Shown one piece after another: positions 11,761-24,362 of a DNA stretch of 64,000 nt. Location of the stretch: NCBI RefSeq assembly GCF_964204865.1, contig NC_135258.1, forward strand, positions 9,176,001-9,240,000, written 5' to 3'. The notes beneath the pieces were generated by a model. That model saw only the letters and a program-made list of their open reading frames with translations. It made no database searches and was not told where the DNA came from. The DNA is from Styela clava. Its lineage: Eukaryota. A program made the position numbers and the translations under genes. Each line of letters begins with the position of its first letter. Position 1 is the stretch's first letter.

Positions 11761-14700
11761 ATGGCTTTTTCACAGCGTTCCAGACATCGTGATTCTGGAG
11801 ACATCAAGCAACTGTCAAATATAGAGAAGCAAATATTGGCATTTCTTCATGAGTAAGTAGCCACAATTTTTATTTTATAGGTTTGACGTAATTTGCATAG
11901 ATTCAAGATAAAATATAGTAGGTCTACGACTCTACAACGTTTAGGTCTTGGCGTCTGGAATTATGTAGTCACGTCACAAGAAGTACTATAATTTTCTGAT
12001 AAAAAAAATTCTGTCTATGGTACATTTATTTTGTTGTTGCAGTATTGCAATGTATTAGATTTGATTATACAGTTATAGATAGGACTTTCTGCAGTTCTGG
12101 ATTCAGAAAAAGTATTCAAAAACTTAAAACTCTTTCCAGCTATGGAGACCCTGTAAGATCCCCACACACAGACACTCATATCCACGTCTAATGTCAGAAT
12201 GTCTGTGGCAGTTCTCAATATCCTGATATCAGGTTAAAATTATAAGTAGAAGATTTCATGTATAATCTTCACTTGCAGTGATTTTATAAAACAAATGTTT
12301 TCTTTCTCAATTTTATATTTATTTCAATTGATTTTGTGTATTTTTTAGTTTTCATTGCCATTTTTTGTAATGTTATCTTTAAATTGGTGCAAATAAACAA
12401 AGATTCTATTCAACCTAGTCATATCTTAAAAACCAATTATGACACAACAAAGCATTATGAAATTTCCCTTTTTAAAATGTATGCAAACAAACACCATTAT
12501 TTGTTATAATTAGCTAAAAGATAAGTTCAGCCTTTACAACTCCAAGCTAAAGTTAGGAAAGAATAAAGCTTATACTGTGGAAAAAATGTCAGTCATAGAT
12601 GAAACAGAGGAATCTCCCTCGTGGCTTGATGAGTCTACAGAATTACCATCTGTGAATACTAGTGATTCATATGGAAGTTCTGGGAAGCGATTTGGAGCAG
12701 CTGTTGCCAAAAATAAGTTATCACGTTTAAATAAAAACATTTCAAAAACGATGAGAAGACGACATAGTTCAGATGAGAGCAGTGTTACAAATTTAAATTC
12801 CTATAATTCTCAAAGCGGGATGGAAATGCAGAATACTAATTATGTAACACGAAGATTTTTAGAACGAGATAATTCAACCTCGAGAGAAGAAATTCCGCAA
12901 TGTGTTGGAACAAAGAATTTACCAGTGAATAGCAATACAAGTGAATCTTTATCAAGTGCAGACAGCAATACACAGCACGATTATAGTTTAGGTTCGGCGG
13001 CGTTGTCGTCAGCCAAATCAATTGGAAGATATGTCGCAAAATCCATTGCAAGGGAAAGTTCTTTGCCACCAAAGAAACGTGGAAAATTCCATTGCCTCCA
13101 TTCAACTCAAAAAAACGATCAAAATGACGAAAATAAGAATGATGCTGCAATGGAGAAGCAAATAAAATTTCAAAGCAATCGTATTGCAAATTTAGAAAAT
13201 ACTCTGGAACTTGTTTACAAAAAAATGAAGTTACATGAAGATAATATTGATGAATTACAAGAGAAATTATATTTGGTCGAATTTGGAACGCCAGGAACTT
13301 TTCTTGCTAGCTGTAGATTTTATATAGCTCTGTTCAAGTGTACTGCAATTCCTATCATTATAGTGGAGGTGATTTACCGCGTAATATTTGCTGCATTTCA
13401 ATAAATAAAATAAAAAAAAGTCAGTTTCTTCACTAGCAGTATCTTGGCTCGGCGGTATGGCACATCGTGTTGAGCGTTAAGAATACGCTTGTCACCTCTG
13501 ATTACCCTGCATGGGTTCGTAGGTTCGAATCCCATGCGGGGAACGTTATGTGCAAGAGGATTGCTGGACTTCTCGCTGCTGCAGGGTGGTTCACCTAACC
13601 GCTGGTCGGTTACGTCTTCCATCTCCATCAAGTTTATGCTTCCGAAAACAAATAACTGGCTAACTAATCCCATACCCGACATTGACTGGTAACCGGACGG
13701 AAGGCCGTGGTTCGATATATGATTAAGTCGTCTTATCGGTTTTCCTCTACCCGGGGTAAATATGTAAATCCTATCCTATCAGAAATTTTGAGTGTTGGGT
13801 TAAGCCTGAACTGAATTTGTTTCTGAAATCAGATAGAAAGAAGGATCTTGTAAAATTGAAATAGTTTTGGGCATTATTTTCTTATACAACGTATTTATAT
13901 GCTTTTTGCCTCAAACAAGGCTAAGCACAAGCTAGGTAAACTGCTAGGTAAGGACCTTCTATAGCAGTGGTTCCTAAACCGCGGCCCCTCTTTCCAGTCC
14001 GTGAGAATTTTGCTTATTATTTTGGCCCCTGGTTAATTAACTTAGGAACCATTGTTCTTTAGTTTGGAATTACTGGAATGTTTTGGGTTGACAATCAAAA
14101 TTTGTTGTGTTTTGATAATATATTTTTCTTAAATTTCAAGGAGTTTCATGTAAAAGACTTCTTTTAAATGTTCCAGCAACTATCAATCTGAGAACACTCA
14201 GCACGAGACACTGAAGATCGCTCAAGCACTAGGGAAGAAAACGAAGCATGAAATCAATAGGGACTTATATAGGTATGATATGGAACTTTTCATTCAGAAA
14301 GTAGATTTATAAGTATTACAATATCTCATGTAGCCTATATTCGAATATTTATTCTCAAATATATTTGTCCTGTATTACATCATTTTCTTGTATAGCACTC
14401 TATACTTCCTCCAAGTTAGGTCCTAATTTGATATGTAAATTTTCCATTAAACGATTCATAATTTAAAAATAACAGATATTTCCAATCTTTACTTCAGATT
14501 GCCCCAGGGTTTAATGATTATTAACTTTTTTTCTAACAGTAACGGGTATTAAAGGCATTTCTATATATAATTGAGCTATGGCAATGCGTATTTGTCTCAT
14601 CACTCCGAGGCAGATAATTACGATTCCTTAACTTTCTTGGATAAAATGTCCCGTAAAATTCAGTAAACTCCACTTTTATTTGTATTTTATAGCCTCAAAA

Positions 14701-17700
14701 AAAAAGGATATGTTGAAAAAGTTGTGGAGAGTCCACCTACTTGGAAATTAATTAAATATGAGCCAAACTTTGCAAACTCTCATAATAGTTTTCATGAATC
14801 ATTGAATCCTTCTTCATCAAATCAGCCAAGTAGAAGTACTGTCTTCCCTCCATCTACATTCAATGCTGGTGATTCTTCATCATCTGCTAAAAGACATACA
14901 GATTATTCTCCCTTTGTTCCTGATAATTTTTCAAATCCGAAAAGGCCTAGAGGTTAGTTTTTGTTATGATATCTACTGTACAAAAACATTTATTGATCAT
15001 ATTTTCAAATGCTGTATCAAGTTGTGTAAAGGGACTGAAACCTATGGGCAATGGGTATATTCACTTGGCTAACACAGATAGTCCTCGAACTCGTAATAGA
15101 ACTAAAATATTCTCAGTTCAACCGGAAAGCTTAAGGAAAATCGGAATAAAATTATGGCCTAACCCTAACCTGGTACATACCGGTATACTACGGGAATACC
15201 TCACATGTTTTTCACTCTGTACAAGGCTCTGCTCCACTGCTATGAGCTATCTTATTTTGAAAAACTGAAATCTTTCTGTTTCGGCGATGTCTACTCAGCT
15301 TATTAAATCACGGGTGATGGGATGGGGATTTGAACCCAAGATTTTTAAACTTTTGATGCCAACATAACTATTATTTCAACCACTAAGCCACTTGAATTCA
15401 TTATTATGTAGAAAATGTATTATCGTGTAAAACACTACTTAATGCAGATTTATTTTCACACTGAATTATATTATACTAGTTGATGACATTATTGAACTAT
15501 GATAGTTTTTTTCTTTTTTGTGTTTTATCGAACTTTGAGTAGGGATTGCAATATTTGGATAGGGTAAGATTTTTATGTTATTCCAAGAAATATGAAAGAT
15601 GACAGGTCGTTTAGAAAATAGGGGCTCAAAATCAGGCTCAACAACGGTATTTTTTTTCGTTATGCATAGCAAAAGTAAAGTCTAAATACTGCTTGATCAT
15701 ATATGGAAACTGTAGTCTCTAATGCGCTTACTATTCAAATTTGGGTATGAAATTAACACAGAAATCGATAATTTCTGATCCATGGTTATGTCTTTAATAA
15801 TACCGAAACTTACGATTGGTTCTTTTACCAGACTACGCATTGGAATCTAGAGTTCCAGTATCACACAATACACAATCATTTTATGACAATTTTGTAATAC
15901 CGCCACCCCCGGATGTTCTGTTGAAGGATGTTGAATCATGCTTTCATAACTTGTCTGTAGAAGGTGATTATTTTTTCACTAAAGCCTCCACGTAAATTTT
16001 ATATCATGCAGCATAATTCTTCCTTCTAATCTACTTTGCTATATCACTGTTTTCTTTACTGTTCTGCTCCAGAAAATCATTGATTTTTTGTAAGAATCAC
16101 AGCATTAACATTTATCACAGTTTGTGAATTGCTTTAATTGAAATTTCGCTTTTACATCTTCTTTTGTACATAATGTTATTTGACTTTTTTCCCACCATCA
16201 AGCATATCATAAACAATTAATGAAAATTGCTCTATGATTGTACCTTTGATGGTATATTTCATCTTATCTATCGTTACATTTTGGTTACTTATATTCATTT
16301 ACAAGTACTGCTTTGTTGATTAAACTAACATGCTAAAACAATTTTTTATGTGACAATTTCTTAGGTTTTGTTTTGCAATCTTTCATAGTCGCTCATACAA
16401 TGTAATATGAATGTCTTGAAATTCTGTTCAAAGCAGGTTTAATCAAATATCAGCAAAAATTCAATTTTGGTAACATTAGCAATTACACCTTCTTCTGACA
16501 ATCTTTTTATATTCAGATAATGCTTCAAAAAATGATGAAATTGAAGAAAATATAATGGAAATTATTACCAACACAAACAAAATTACCATAGATGACATTA
16601 TACAAAAAATACCTAATCAAAATACAAACTTAATACAACAGGTGAAAAAAAATTCATACTTTTGCTATTATTCTATCCTTTCTAATAACACTCTTATACA
16701 TAAAGCAAATCTAAAATTAATTAATCTTTTTAAAGGCATTATCAAATCTTATGAGGAAAAACAATATTAAAAAAGTAGGTGAATTTTACTCACTTCCACA
16801 AACAACTACCCAAGAATCACAAACAACTGTTCCAAAATTAACGCACGACGATGAACTCGTCCAAAATATTGGAAAATCATTTATTTCAGACGATTTTACT
16901 TCCGATATCGCATGTGAGTTTTCGCTTCGTTTAAATATTTGTAGTGGGAAAGGATTTTCATATTTAACTTGGGAGGTATGAAGGCCAATGAGACGGACGA
17001 CTCGAGCATGTGGTAAACCATGGCCTTTTGTTCTGGCCAATCCATGTCGAATTTGAAAATATTAAGTCAGATTTTCGTTTCATTTGAGTGGAATGAATAA
17101 CATGGGAAGCTGTTATCAACCAGCAGACTACCTTACGATGCTGATGATTCTAGCAATCGCATCCTATTCAATTATTCACCAAAGGATTTAATCCTGTGTG
17201 TATGGTAAAAAATGTGAGAGGGCACGCTTTCGATGCTTGACACAATGTACTAGCTGCCAAGCCGTCATATTTTAATCATACTCTGTTTAATTTATCATAG
17301 TTTAATAATGTCATCAACTTTTGTGTGTTCATATAAGTATGTAGTGAGACTGTATTAATTAATTTAAGCTTATTTAGTCTTTGTTTTTCAAGTATTTGAG
17401 CATTGCTGTCTTGTTTATCAAGTTGTATTAGAATTCAAAAATATATTTTAATATTCCAGTGGATGAAGCATCATTTCCCTCTTCTTCTTTCGTGTCTGCT
17501 CCTCCTGTTCCATTATTTCTTCCTGTTTCTGCACCTGTGCCGATATTGAACATCCCAGAAGGAAAAAATGCGATATCTTTGTTGAATGAATTTGCTCAAA
17601 AAAATAGTCAAATTCTTGAATACACCGAGGCAATGAGTGGACCAGACCATAAACGAAGGTAATATAATTAGTTCAGTATAATTAATTGATCATGGGGAAG

Positions 17701-20700
17701 TTGATGAGCATGTTCAGTCATTAGAATCTTGTGGAAGATTCTAACATAATGCTACCAGATGACGTGACAAATTCTTGTGAATTACTTCACAAATACCTAA
17801 CATAATGCTACCAGATGACGTGACAAATTCTTGTGAATTACTTCACAAATACGGTACCTAATTCTACCTATGATAGCATTCTAATAATCTCTGGCACGTT
17901 GGCTCCGATTTTTCCTCGTTTATTTTTAGACTTTTTTCCTATCACTATACCTAAAAACTTCCTTTCTGTTTGTCATTGAGTTTTGAATGAATGATTTTAG
18001 TTAGTGATTTGCGCAATTAGAACTCCGACTTTTGTTCAGTTTTAATACTTTATGATATGTTTATAGTTTTCATTTTATAAATACTAATTGGGTAAAGAAT
18101 ATGGTTAAATTTAGGATGAATTGAAAATTTTGACATCTGACTTTTGGGGAGTTTAAAAATCACTCCAAATATAATGGACCTTTCCCCGACCTTTGACCCC
18201 CGAAAAATTCTTTGTATACTTTACCATTGCAAAATTTTCGGGGCTATTTTAAGAGTGCTTTTGCGAGTTGACGCCTGTAAAATGGTGTATGTGTTTCAAA
18301 CCATCATTTTGATTCATCGCATACAACAATCTGTTTTTTAAAAGTACCGGTAAAGAATTTCAGCCTAGTCTATCACAGCTATTTCTACAATAATTTTTAT
18401 TACTGCAATTAAATTAAAACTCCCAGGAAGACAGAGTGATCATTGAATTGTCTGATTTACATTTAAGTATTTGAAACACAACTGAAAACTAACGAAAAGA
18501 GTTCAAAAACGAGGTAATGTTCACGAACACGCTTGAAAATCGTCACCTCTTGCATGTTGCTGATTGGCCAATGTCTCGAAGTAAACAAGGAAGTCGATCC
18601 TCGGGGAAAAGTCCATATCAGTAAAAATGTCAAACTTCGACTGAGACCTCACAGCTTTTCCCCTGACTTCCACACATGATTAAGGATGATTGGCTTGCTT
18701 GTGTCTACTGCCCATCATGTGTCATATCAATTATATCAAAAAGTTTTATTCTTTAGTTTATTTCTCTGCCACAGATTTAGAATGGCTGTCAAGCTTGGAA
18801 ATCAAAATTTTTTTGGACCTGAAGCGCCAACCAAGAAAGAGGCAAAATTAAAAGCAGCCGAGGTTGCACTTGCAGCTTTGCATAGTTCTGTTATGAATGA
18901 GAATGGATCTACTCCAGGGAACCCTGTGAGTAATGTTTTTGAATCAGGGCTATCTAGTACCATACAGTTTTTTACCAATTTTTAATGCCGATTTTTTTCA
19001 GCGAACATTGGTTATATGGAATTTGATACTAGCTGTTTTTCTGTTTGTGGTGGCATGAACTGAATTTGAGTATTATGCCGATAGGTTTTTTCTAACGCTC
19101 AATTTTACGCTATAATTCTTTACAGTCTCAGGAGCTCTCGGCACTCGATTATACGTAACTTTGCTCAGAGATCCATCTTCTTTATTTCTGAGTGAGCAGA
19201 TGTGCATGAGTGAGAAAACATCCATAAGAAAATGTAAGAAAAATATCAACATAAAATAACTCTTATTATTTTAGTCTTCACTTGTTGAAGCAACTTTCAA
19301 TGACAAAGTTGCAGCATTGGTACTACAGAAATATAACGAATTGTCACAAGTTTTGCCTGATACTATTGTGGGGAAGAAAATTATTGCTGGATTCGTTATG
19401 ACGAGGAAATTAAAGTCTGGTGAAACTGCAATGCAAGTCGTCAGTATTGGATCAGGTAAACACTTTCATGCAGCGAAGGGTGTGGTTTTGGACTATTGAG
19501 TATATAAATATGATATATTATAAAGCGTGTTTATCCATCTTTTGCTTAAAACTAGGTATCTAATGATATGTAAAGAAAGAATGAAAACTGGCTATTCAGT
19601 TATGATCGATTAGATATGTGTCATAGTTTAATTTTAATAAAGTCAAATTATATTTTTAATACATTTTAAGATGTATGGTATTAGGCTTAGAAATGCATCA
19701 GGAGTTAAAAAGCTTGGAAGCCCTGATTAAACCTTTCCTTTCTCTTAGGTAATCGTTGTGTGAAAGGTGACAAACTAAGTCTCCGTGGAGAGACTGTGAA
19801 TGATTGTCATGCTGAAGTTATAGCTAGGAGAGGGCTTGTCCGATATTTATATCGAGAATTGATTAATTGTGATGAAGATTTCAAGTTTGTTTTGAAAGAT
19901 GATAAGTAAGTATAACTTTAGACTGTATAATGAAATTTATTGGAATCAAAAGAAATTTTTTTTATTGTTAAATGGGCTGAAATATAAATATGTGGTATCT
20001 GCTTTTATCATACTGTTAATGTGTTTGGATTATGCAAACTATAGTCAATCATAGCGTAAGATTATTCTCTAACTAGTAGAGCCATTGACTTAAATTGAGT
20101 TGAAGTACTCTGTCATCTAAGAGGGATAATTCGAACTTGACTAACCATGATAGTGACTTCGGAGAATAAATTGGGCTAGCCATTAAAATAGTGAACAATA
20201 ACAGGGAAATTTGATCTACCATGTCTGTTAATATTGTATTTGAAATTAGATTTTAAGTCACTAGTTAGATGCAGCAATAACTCAAAAAAGGCTGTGTTGA
20301 TGTCATGAAAAATGTTGTCAATGCATGATTGAGTCCTACTTTAATTTTCAAAAATACATTCTGTTCAAGGCGACTTTCATTTTACAGTATCTTTGTGCCT
20401 CATTTTCATTCATTTCTCCTTTTCATTTTTGTGACTCAAAACATAAGTGACTCTACTTGATTTATGACTCGGATGTAATGAATTGACTTGTTTTGGGACT
20501 CAAACTCTAAAATTTACTGAGACTGTACAGTCTGTACTCGAAAGTCAGATGACCACCATTACTGATTAGTTGTCCATAATCCCATGCTGTTTTGTTTTTC
20601 ACTTCTTTTTTTCCTTATGTTTCAGATATGATTTAAATCCTGGTATTGAATTCCATCTGTTTATAAATACTGCACCATGTGGCGACAGTGCTATTTTTGC

Positions 20701-23700
20701 ACCGAGTGATGCGGCCACTGATCAACCAGGTCAAGATGGAAGTGATGGATTACATCATCCAGTGTTTGAGAATAATAAACAGGGCCTCTTGAGAACAAAA
20801 GTTGAAAATGGTAAATTTTACAAGAAAGATTGTTTTATGAATTTTTTCATTATTATTTCGGAACTTTTTTGACTAAGAACACACCTGCTACGCTTGTCTT
20901 TATGTACTTATTTACTTTTATGTCAATTATGTATTCAAGCAGCTTCATATTTCAGACACAGTTAACTCACTTGAGTGAATACACTTAAGTGTATAAGTTT
21001 AATTGAAATAAAATACTTGTTGATGAATTATCAATATTAACTGTTGCTATTCCTATTTAACAAGATGCAATTCAAAAATCTATATATAGGTCACCTTAAT
21101 GGTGTTTAAGTTGCTATGAAAATCTTTTTAGTTCAACTATCACCAATAATTGTCTGAAATCCTGACTCAAAATTTCACCTTTGACTTCATTGCTTCAAAA
21201 ATACGACCCTTAACTCTATTATCAATAGGTTATGCCAAACTCTGAACTACACAGCAATACTCGAGTCTAAGTTAACTTTTGAAATATCTATCTTATGTTG
21301 CTTTATCTAACGGAGCAAATGGCAATGTTTTAATTCACACAGGTGAAGGTTGCATTCCCATTGAAAGAGATACATCAGTGCCAACATGGGATGGAATACT
21401 ACGAGGTGAAAGGTTAAGAACAATGTCATGCAGCGATAAAATTGCAAAGTGGAATTTTCTGGGGTTACAGGTACACAAAAAATTTGAATTGACACAATAT
21501 TTTCTATATCTATAAAAGTCTTTTTTAGGAAAAAATCTTTGCATGATTAAAACTACAATTTAGCATGAAAGAATTGCTTTTTTCAATTTGGTGTTAGGCA
21601 ATACTTGTATACATAAAGTGAACCAGAACTTAGCAATAGATGAAGATTCCAAATAAGAAATTGGATGCATTCAGGATCCTGAAATAGTTATGTAAACTTT
21701 GCGAAATAAAAATAGGGGCTGAAGGTCAATTTGTCACCTTATAGTTAAGATACTCTCATTTTCTTCATCTGCCAGATAAAATAATTTTTAAGTACTACTC
21801 TGTTTTCAGTAAGCTCTTTAATTTTATAGGGGTCGCTGTTGAGTCACTTTTTGAATCCAATTTATATGTCGACACTCACGCTGGGTATGTTGTACAACCA
21901 TGGACATTTAACGAGAGCAATATGTTGCCGAGTACAAAAGTTTATGGAACAACTTGAACCTGACCTTTCACCCCCTATTCCATTCACTGTTCATCATCCT
22001 AAGGTTTGTACAAAATTTACAGTGCTTTTTATAGGACACTTGTTTATAGCTTTTGCTCTGAACAAGGCCCTGTACAGTAGTCATTCACTGATATCCCACA
22101 GAAACATAAAGAGCTATCTTACAATTTATCTCATCCCGAGTGAGAGATTTGACCCTGTAATAAGGGACCTTCGATGCCAATGCAGTTAAGTCTATTAGTT
22201 TAACCACCAGGCCATTGTGCAATTTTAAACACGATTACACTGAATTATCCTTTTATTTATGGTATACATTATCAACAGGGTGAAATCACATGTCCACTGG
22301 TTGGCTACGGTTTCCTCCACCAATCAATTCCATGCCCATAAGATGAATCAGTGGTCTGCTTTTTCAATACCTGAGATGCACTGGTAGGGTCATGGCTAAC
22401 ATTATGATTAAGCTATATCCTCAGCTTTTTACTCTAAGGCAGGGGTTCTCAACTTTTTTTCTGTTAAACATCCCCCGAATTACGAAATAATCAACGCGAA
22501 CCCCCGATAATCAGACACCAAACAAAGTTGTGATATATTGACTGACAATTTACTGCAATGACAATTCATTGGCCAACTTTGTAATTAAATTAAATATTCA
22601 TGTTGATGTTATTGCTCTTGTCCTCCTCCCAACTAATGAATTCTTGAAATCTCTCTCAAGTTTCAATGAGCATTTTCTGCAATGCTTGCAGCACATTGTC
22701 TTTTGAGATTTTACAGTTTGGCTGAAAAGCCGTGCATTTCACATTGTTGCGTCACAATCACAACAACGCTAGATCAGTGAAAATTTACTCTGAGTTTCAA
22801 TTTGCTTTCATTTTCATCTGGTAGTTACTTAGTTTTCTTTTGTTAAAGGATATTGAAAAAAAAAAAAAAAATCGACTGCCATCCAAGTACCCCTGAAAAT
22901 CTTCCCGTGAACCCCTGGGGGTTTGCGAACCCCAGGTTGAGAACCCCTGCTCTAAGGGATAAAAACTTTCCTGCGAAGGGGTTCCACCTGTTTCCATTCA
23001 AGTCTAATCTTGTGGGGAATAATTATGCGCAAAGGATTGCTGGATTCTTCACCGCCATAAGGTGATTCATGTAACCTCTGGTTGATTATGACCTCACCCA
23101 CCACCAAGTTCATGCATCTGGAACGATTACCTATTATCATACCGGACATGGACTGATAGGCAGAGGAGAGGCCGAGTTTTGTGATATGTTTGAGCCATCT
23201 TTTAGCTTTTCTCTTCCTGGCATGAATATGAAGATATAACCAAATTATCAGCACTGAATCGAAGGGCTGGCACACAATATTTGCAGTGCTGTCTGTGTAA
23301 AGTAATAAAAAATTGCGTTAGCGAAAAATACAAATAAGTATATTTCACCAGGTTAGTGGTCAGAATCCAGACAGAGAAATAGCAAAAATGAAGACGAGAG
23401 AATTCAGTGTGAACTGGAGTTTGGGTGATGAAAGACCAGAAGTATTAGATGGTACAACAGGAAAAAGTGAACCACGGTTTGGTTCTGTGGGAATATCGAG
23501 AATTTGTAAGGCAGGACTATTTCAAGAATTCCAAAAGGTGAGATGATTTACTAATTGAGATTGTTTTGCCAAATCAAGTGAATAAATAGGCACCTCCTCT
23601 ATGATTGTTTTATAGCCCATTGTGTTCTCATATTAATCTAGATTTAGGATTACTAAAACTATCTCATAGCTAGAGAAGCAACACAACACAAGTTCATCCA

Positions 23701-24362
23701 GAGCTTGGAGCCCTGGTGTTTTGTTGCAGCTCGAGTTAAAGCCAAACATATCATAAGGGATAGCGCTGGAGCCTAAGCTAGAAAAAAATTGTCGACTTCA
23801 GCTCATAATCATCCAATTATTTTCATTTTGATTGCACACCGGCAACCCACCCTGAATAATTGAAATTGAATATTTCGGGGAATAGATTTTATTATTAACT
23901 CCATAATACATAGAATGAAATGAAGCAATTTGAATTAATTGCATTGATATTAGAGTCTCTAATACCATTGCCCCTAAGACATGCATAAAAGTCTTAAGAG
24001 AGTGAAGAGACCAATCGTCGTTTTACTATTTATTTTTTAAATTTCTTCTGTGATAATGGTAGAGATCCGTTCGTCACTATATTACAGTCAGTTTGATATC
24101 TCGTGTAAATATTGATTTTTCGTTCGAGTGATAAAATAATAAAACTTGACTAATATAAGTCTGTTAGATGAAATTATGTGATGAATATTATTGTCAGCTT
24201 TGCACAAAATTTGACCAACAAGATATGTTTAAAGATGGATATTACAAGAGCAAGATGGGGGCTGCTGAATATCAGAGTGCTAAGCAAACTCTTTGGTATG
24301 CATTTGAGAAAAACGGTTTCGGAAAATGGATGCCAAAACCCAAGGAAGAAAAAGATTTTTAA
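11761..24362 (+). CDS. ADAR: ADAR1-type dsRNA adenosine deaminase, 802 aa. Exons 11761-11852, 14177-14272, 14693-14952, 15832-15963, 16517-16641, 16736-16913, 17460-17658, 18775-18925, 19275-19455, 19749-19905, 20626-20810, 21343-21470, 21830-22003, 23352-23537, 24198-24362
   Basis: Fifteen phase-compatible GT-AG exons give one 2409-nt frame. Z-alpha: [11 protein letters not shown]...ESPPTW. dsRBD: [13 protein letters not shown]...GPDHKRRF...[14 protein letters not shown]. Deaminase: CHAE, TAPCGD, SCSDK. ADAR1-like [21 protein letters not shown] and C-terminal KPKEEKDF. Exons 4-6 and the last acceptor (24198 vs 24168) are less certain. Confidence 0.93.
12586..13404 (+). CDS. Uncharacterised ORF nested in ADAR intron 1 (272 aa from ATG 12586; frame open from 12514): Ser-rich N-terminus, coiled coil, C-terminal hydrophobic anchor
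   Basis: An 891-nt open frame in AT-rich intron DNA. Heptad segment [40 protein letters not shown], hydrophobic tail [28 protein letters not shown], and AATAAA overlapping the stop. No family recognised. Confidence 0.7.
   Translation: MSVIDETEESPSWLDESTELPSVNTSDSYGSSGKRFGAAVAKNKLSRLNKNISKTMRRRHSSDESSVTNLNSYNSQSGMEMQNTNYVTRRFLERDNSTSREEIPQCVGTKNLPVNSNTSESLSSADSNTQHDYSLGSAALSSAKSIGRYVAKSIARESSLPPKKRGKFHCLHSTQKNDQNDENKNDAAMEKQIKFQSNRIANLENTLELVYKKMKLHEDNIDELQEKLYLVEFGTPGTFLASCRFYIALFKCTAIPIIIVEVIYRVIFAAFQ
13440..13780 (+). mobile_element. tRNA-derived SINE (family A), best-preserved copy
   Basis: A-box-like tggcacatcgtgttg, B-box ggttcgaatccc and an atcctatcctatc tail. Related copies lie at ~11075, ~22280, ~22960, ~44720 (-) and ~62095 (-). 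Confidence 0.85.
13965..14054. mobile_element. Short hAT MITE
   Basis: TIRs cagtggttcctaa / ttaggaaccattg with an 8-bp TSD ttctatag/ttctttag. Confidence 0.65.
15017..15200 (+). mobile_element. Truncated copy of the CCCTAA-containing MITE family
   Basis: Nearly identical to 25990-26143 (tcaagttgtgtaaagg...attcacttggctaacac.ga.agtcc.cgaactcgtaataga...cctaaccctaac.tggtaca). Confidence 0.75.
15215..15392 (-). mobile_element. tRNA-like SINE (family B), related to 58390-58595
   Basis: The reverse complement has tggcttagtggttga and atcttgggttcaaatcccc, and shares its body with the SDR intron 2 copy. Confidence 0.55.
17742..17852. repeat. Exact ~55-bp tandem duplication in an ADAR intron
   Basis: taacataatgctaccagatgacgtgacaaattcttgtgaattacttcacaaatac occurs twice. 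Confidence 0.9.
22440..22949. mobile_element. hAT MITE in ADAR intron 13
   Basis: TIRs caggggttctcaac / gttgagaacccctg with a perfect 8-bp TSD ctctaagg. Confidence 0.9.
22960..23235 (+). mobile_element. Degenerate SINE family A copy
   Basis: ttatgcgcaaaggattgctggattct...gtaacctctggttgattatg...ccggacatggactgat...aggccg is homologous to the 13440 copy. Confidence 0.6.

Noticed and set aside
13450-13540. tRNA gene suggested by A/B boxes (also ~11130, ~15330, ~58430)
   Set aside because: No cloverleaf; each is followed by a shared non-tRNA body and tail, so these are SINE heads.
13440-23235. Inverted SINE pair in the ADAR pre-mRNA enabling auto-editing
   Set aside because: All family A copies I can see within ADAR are in the same orientation.
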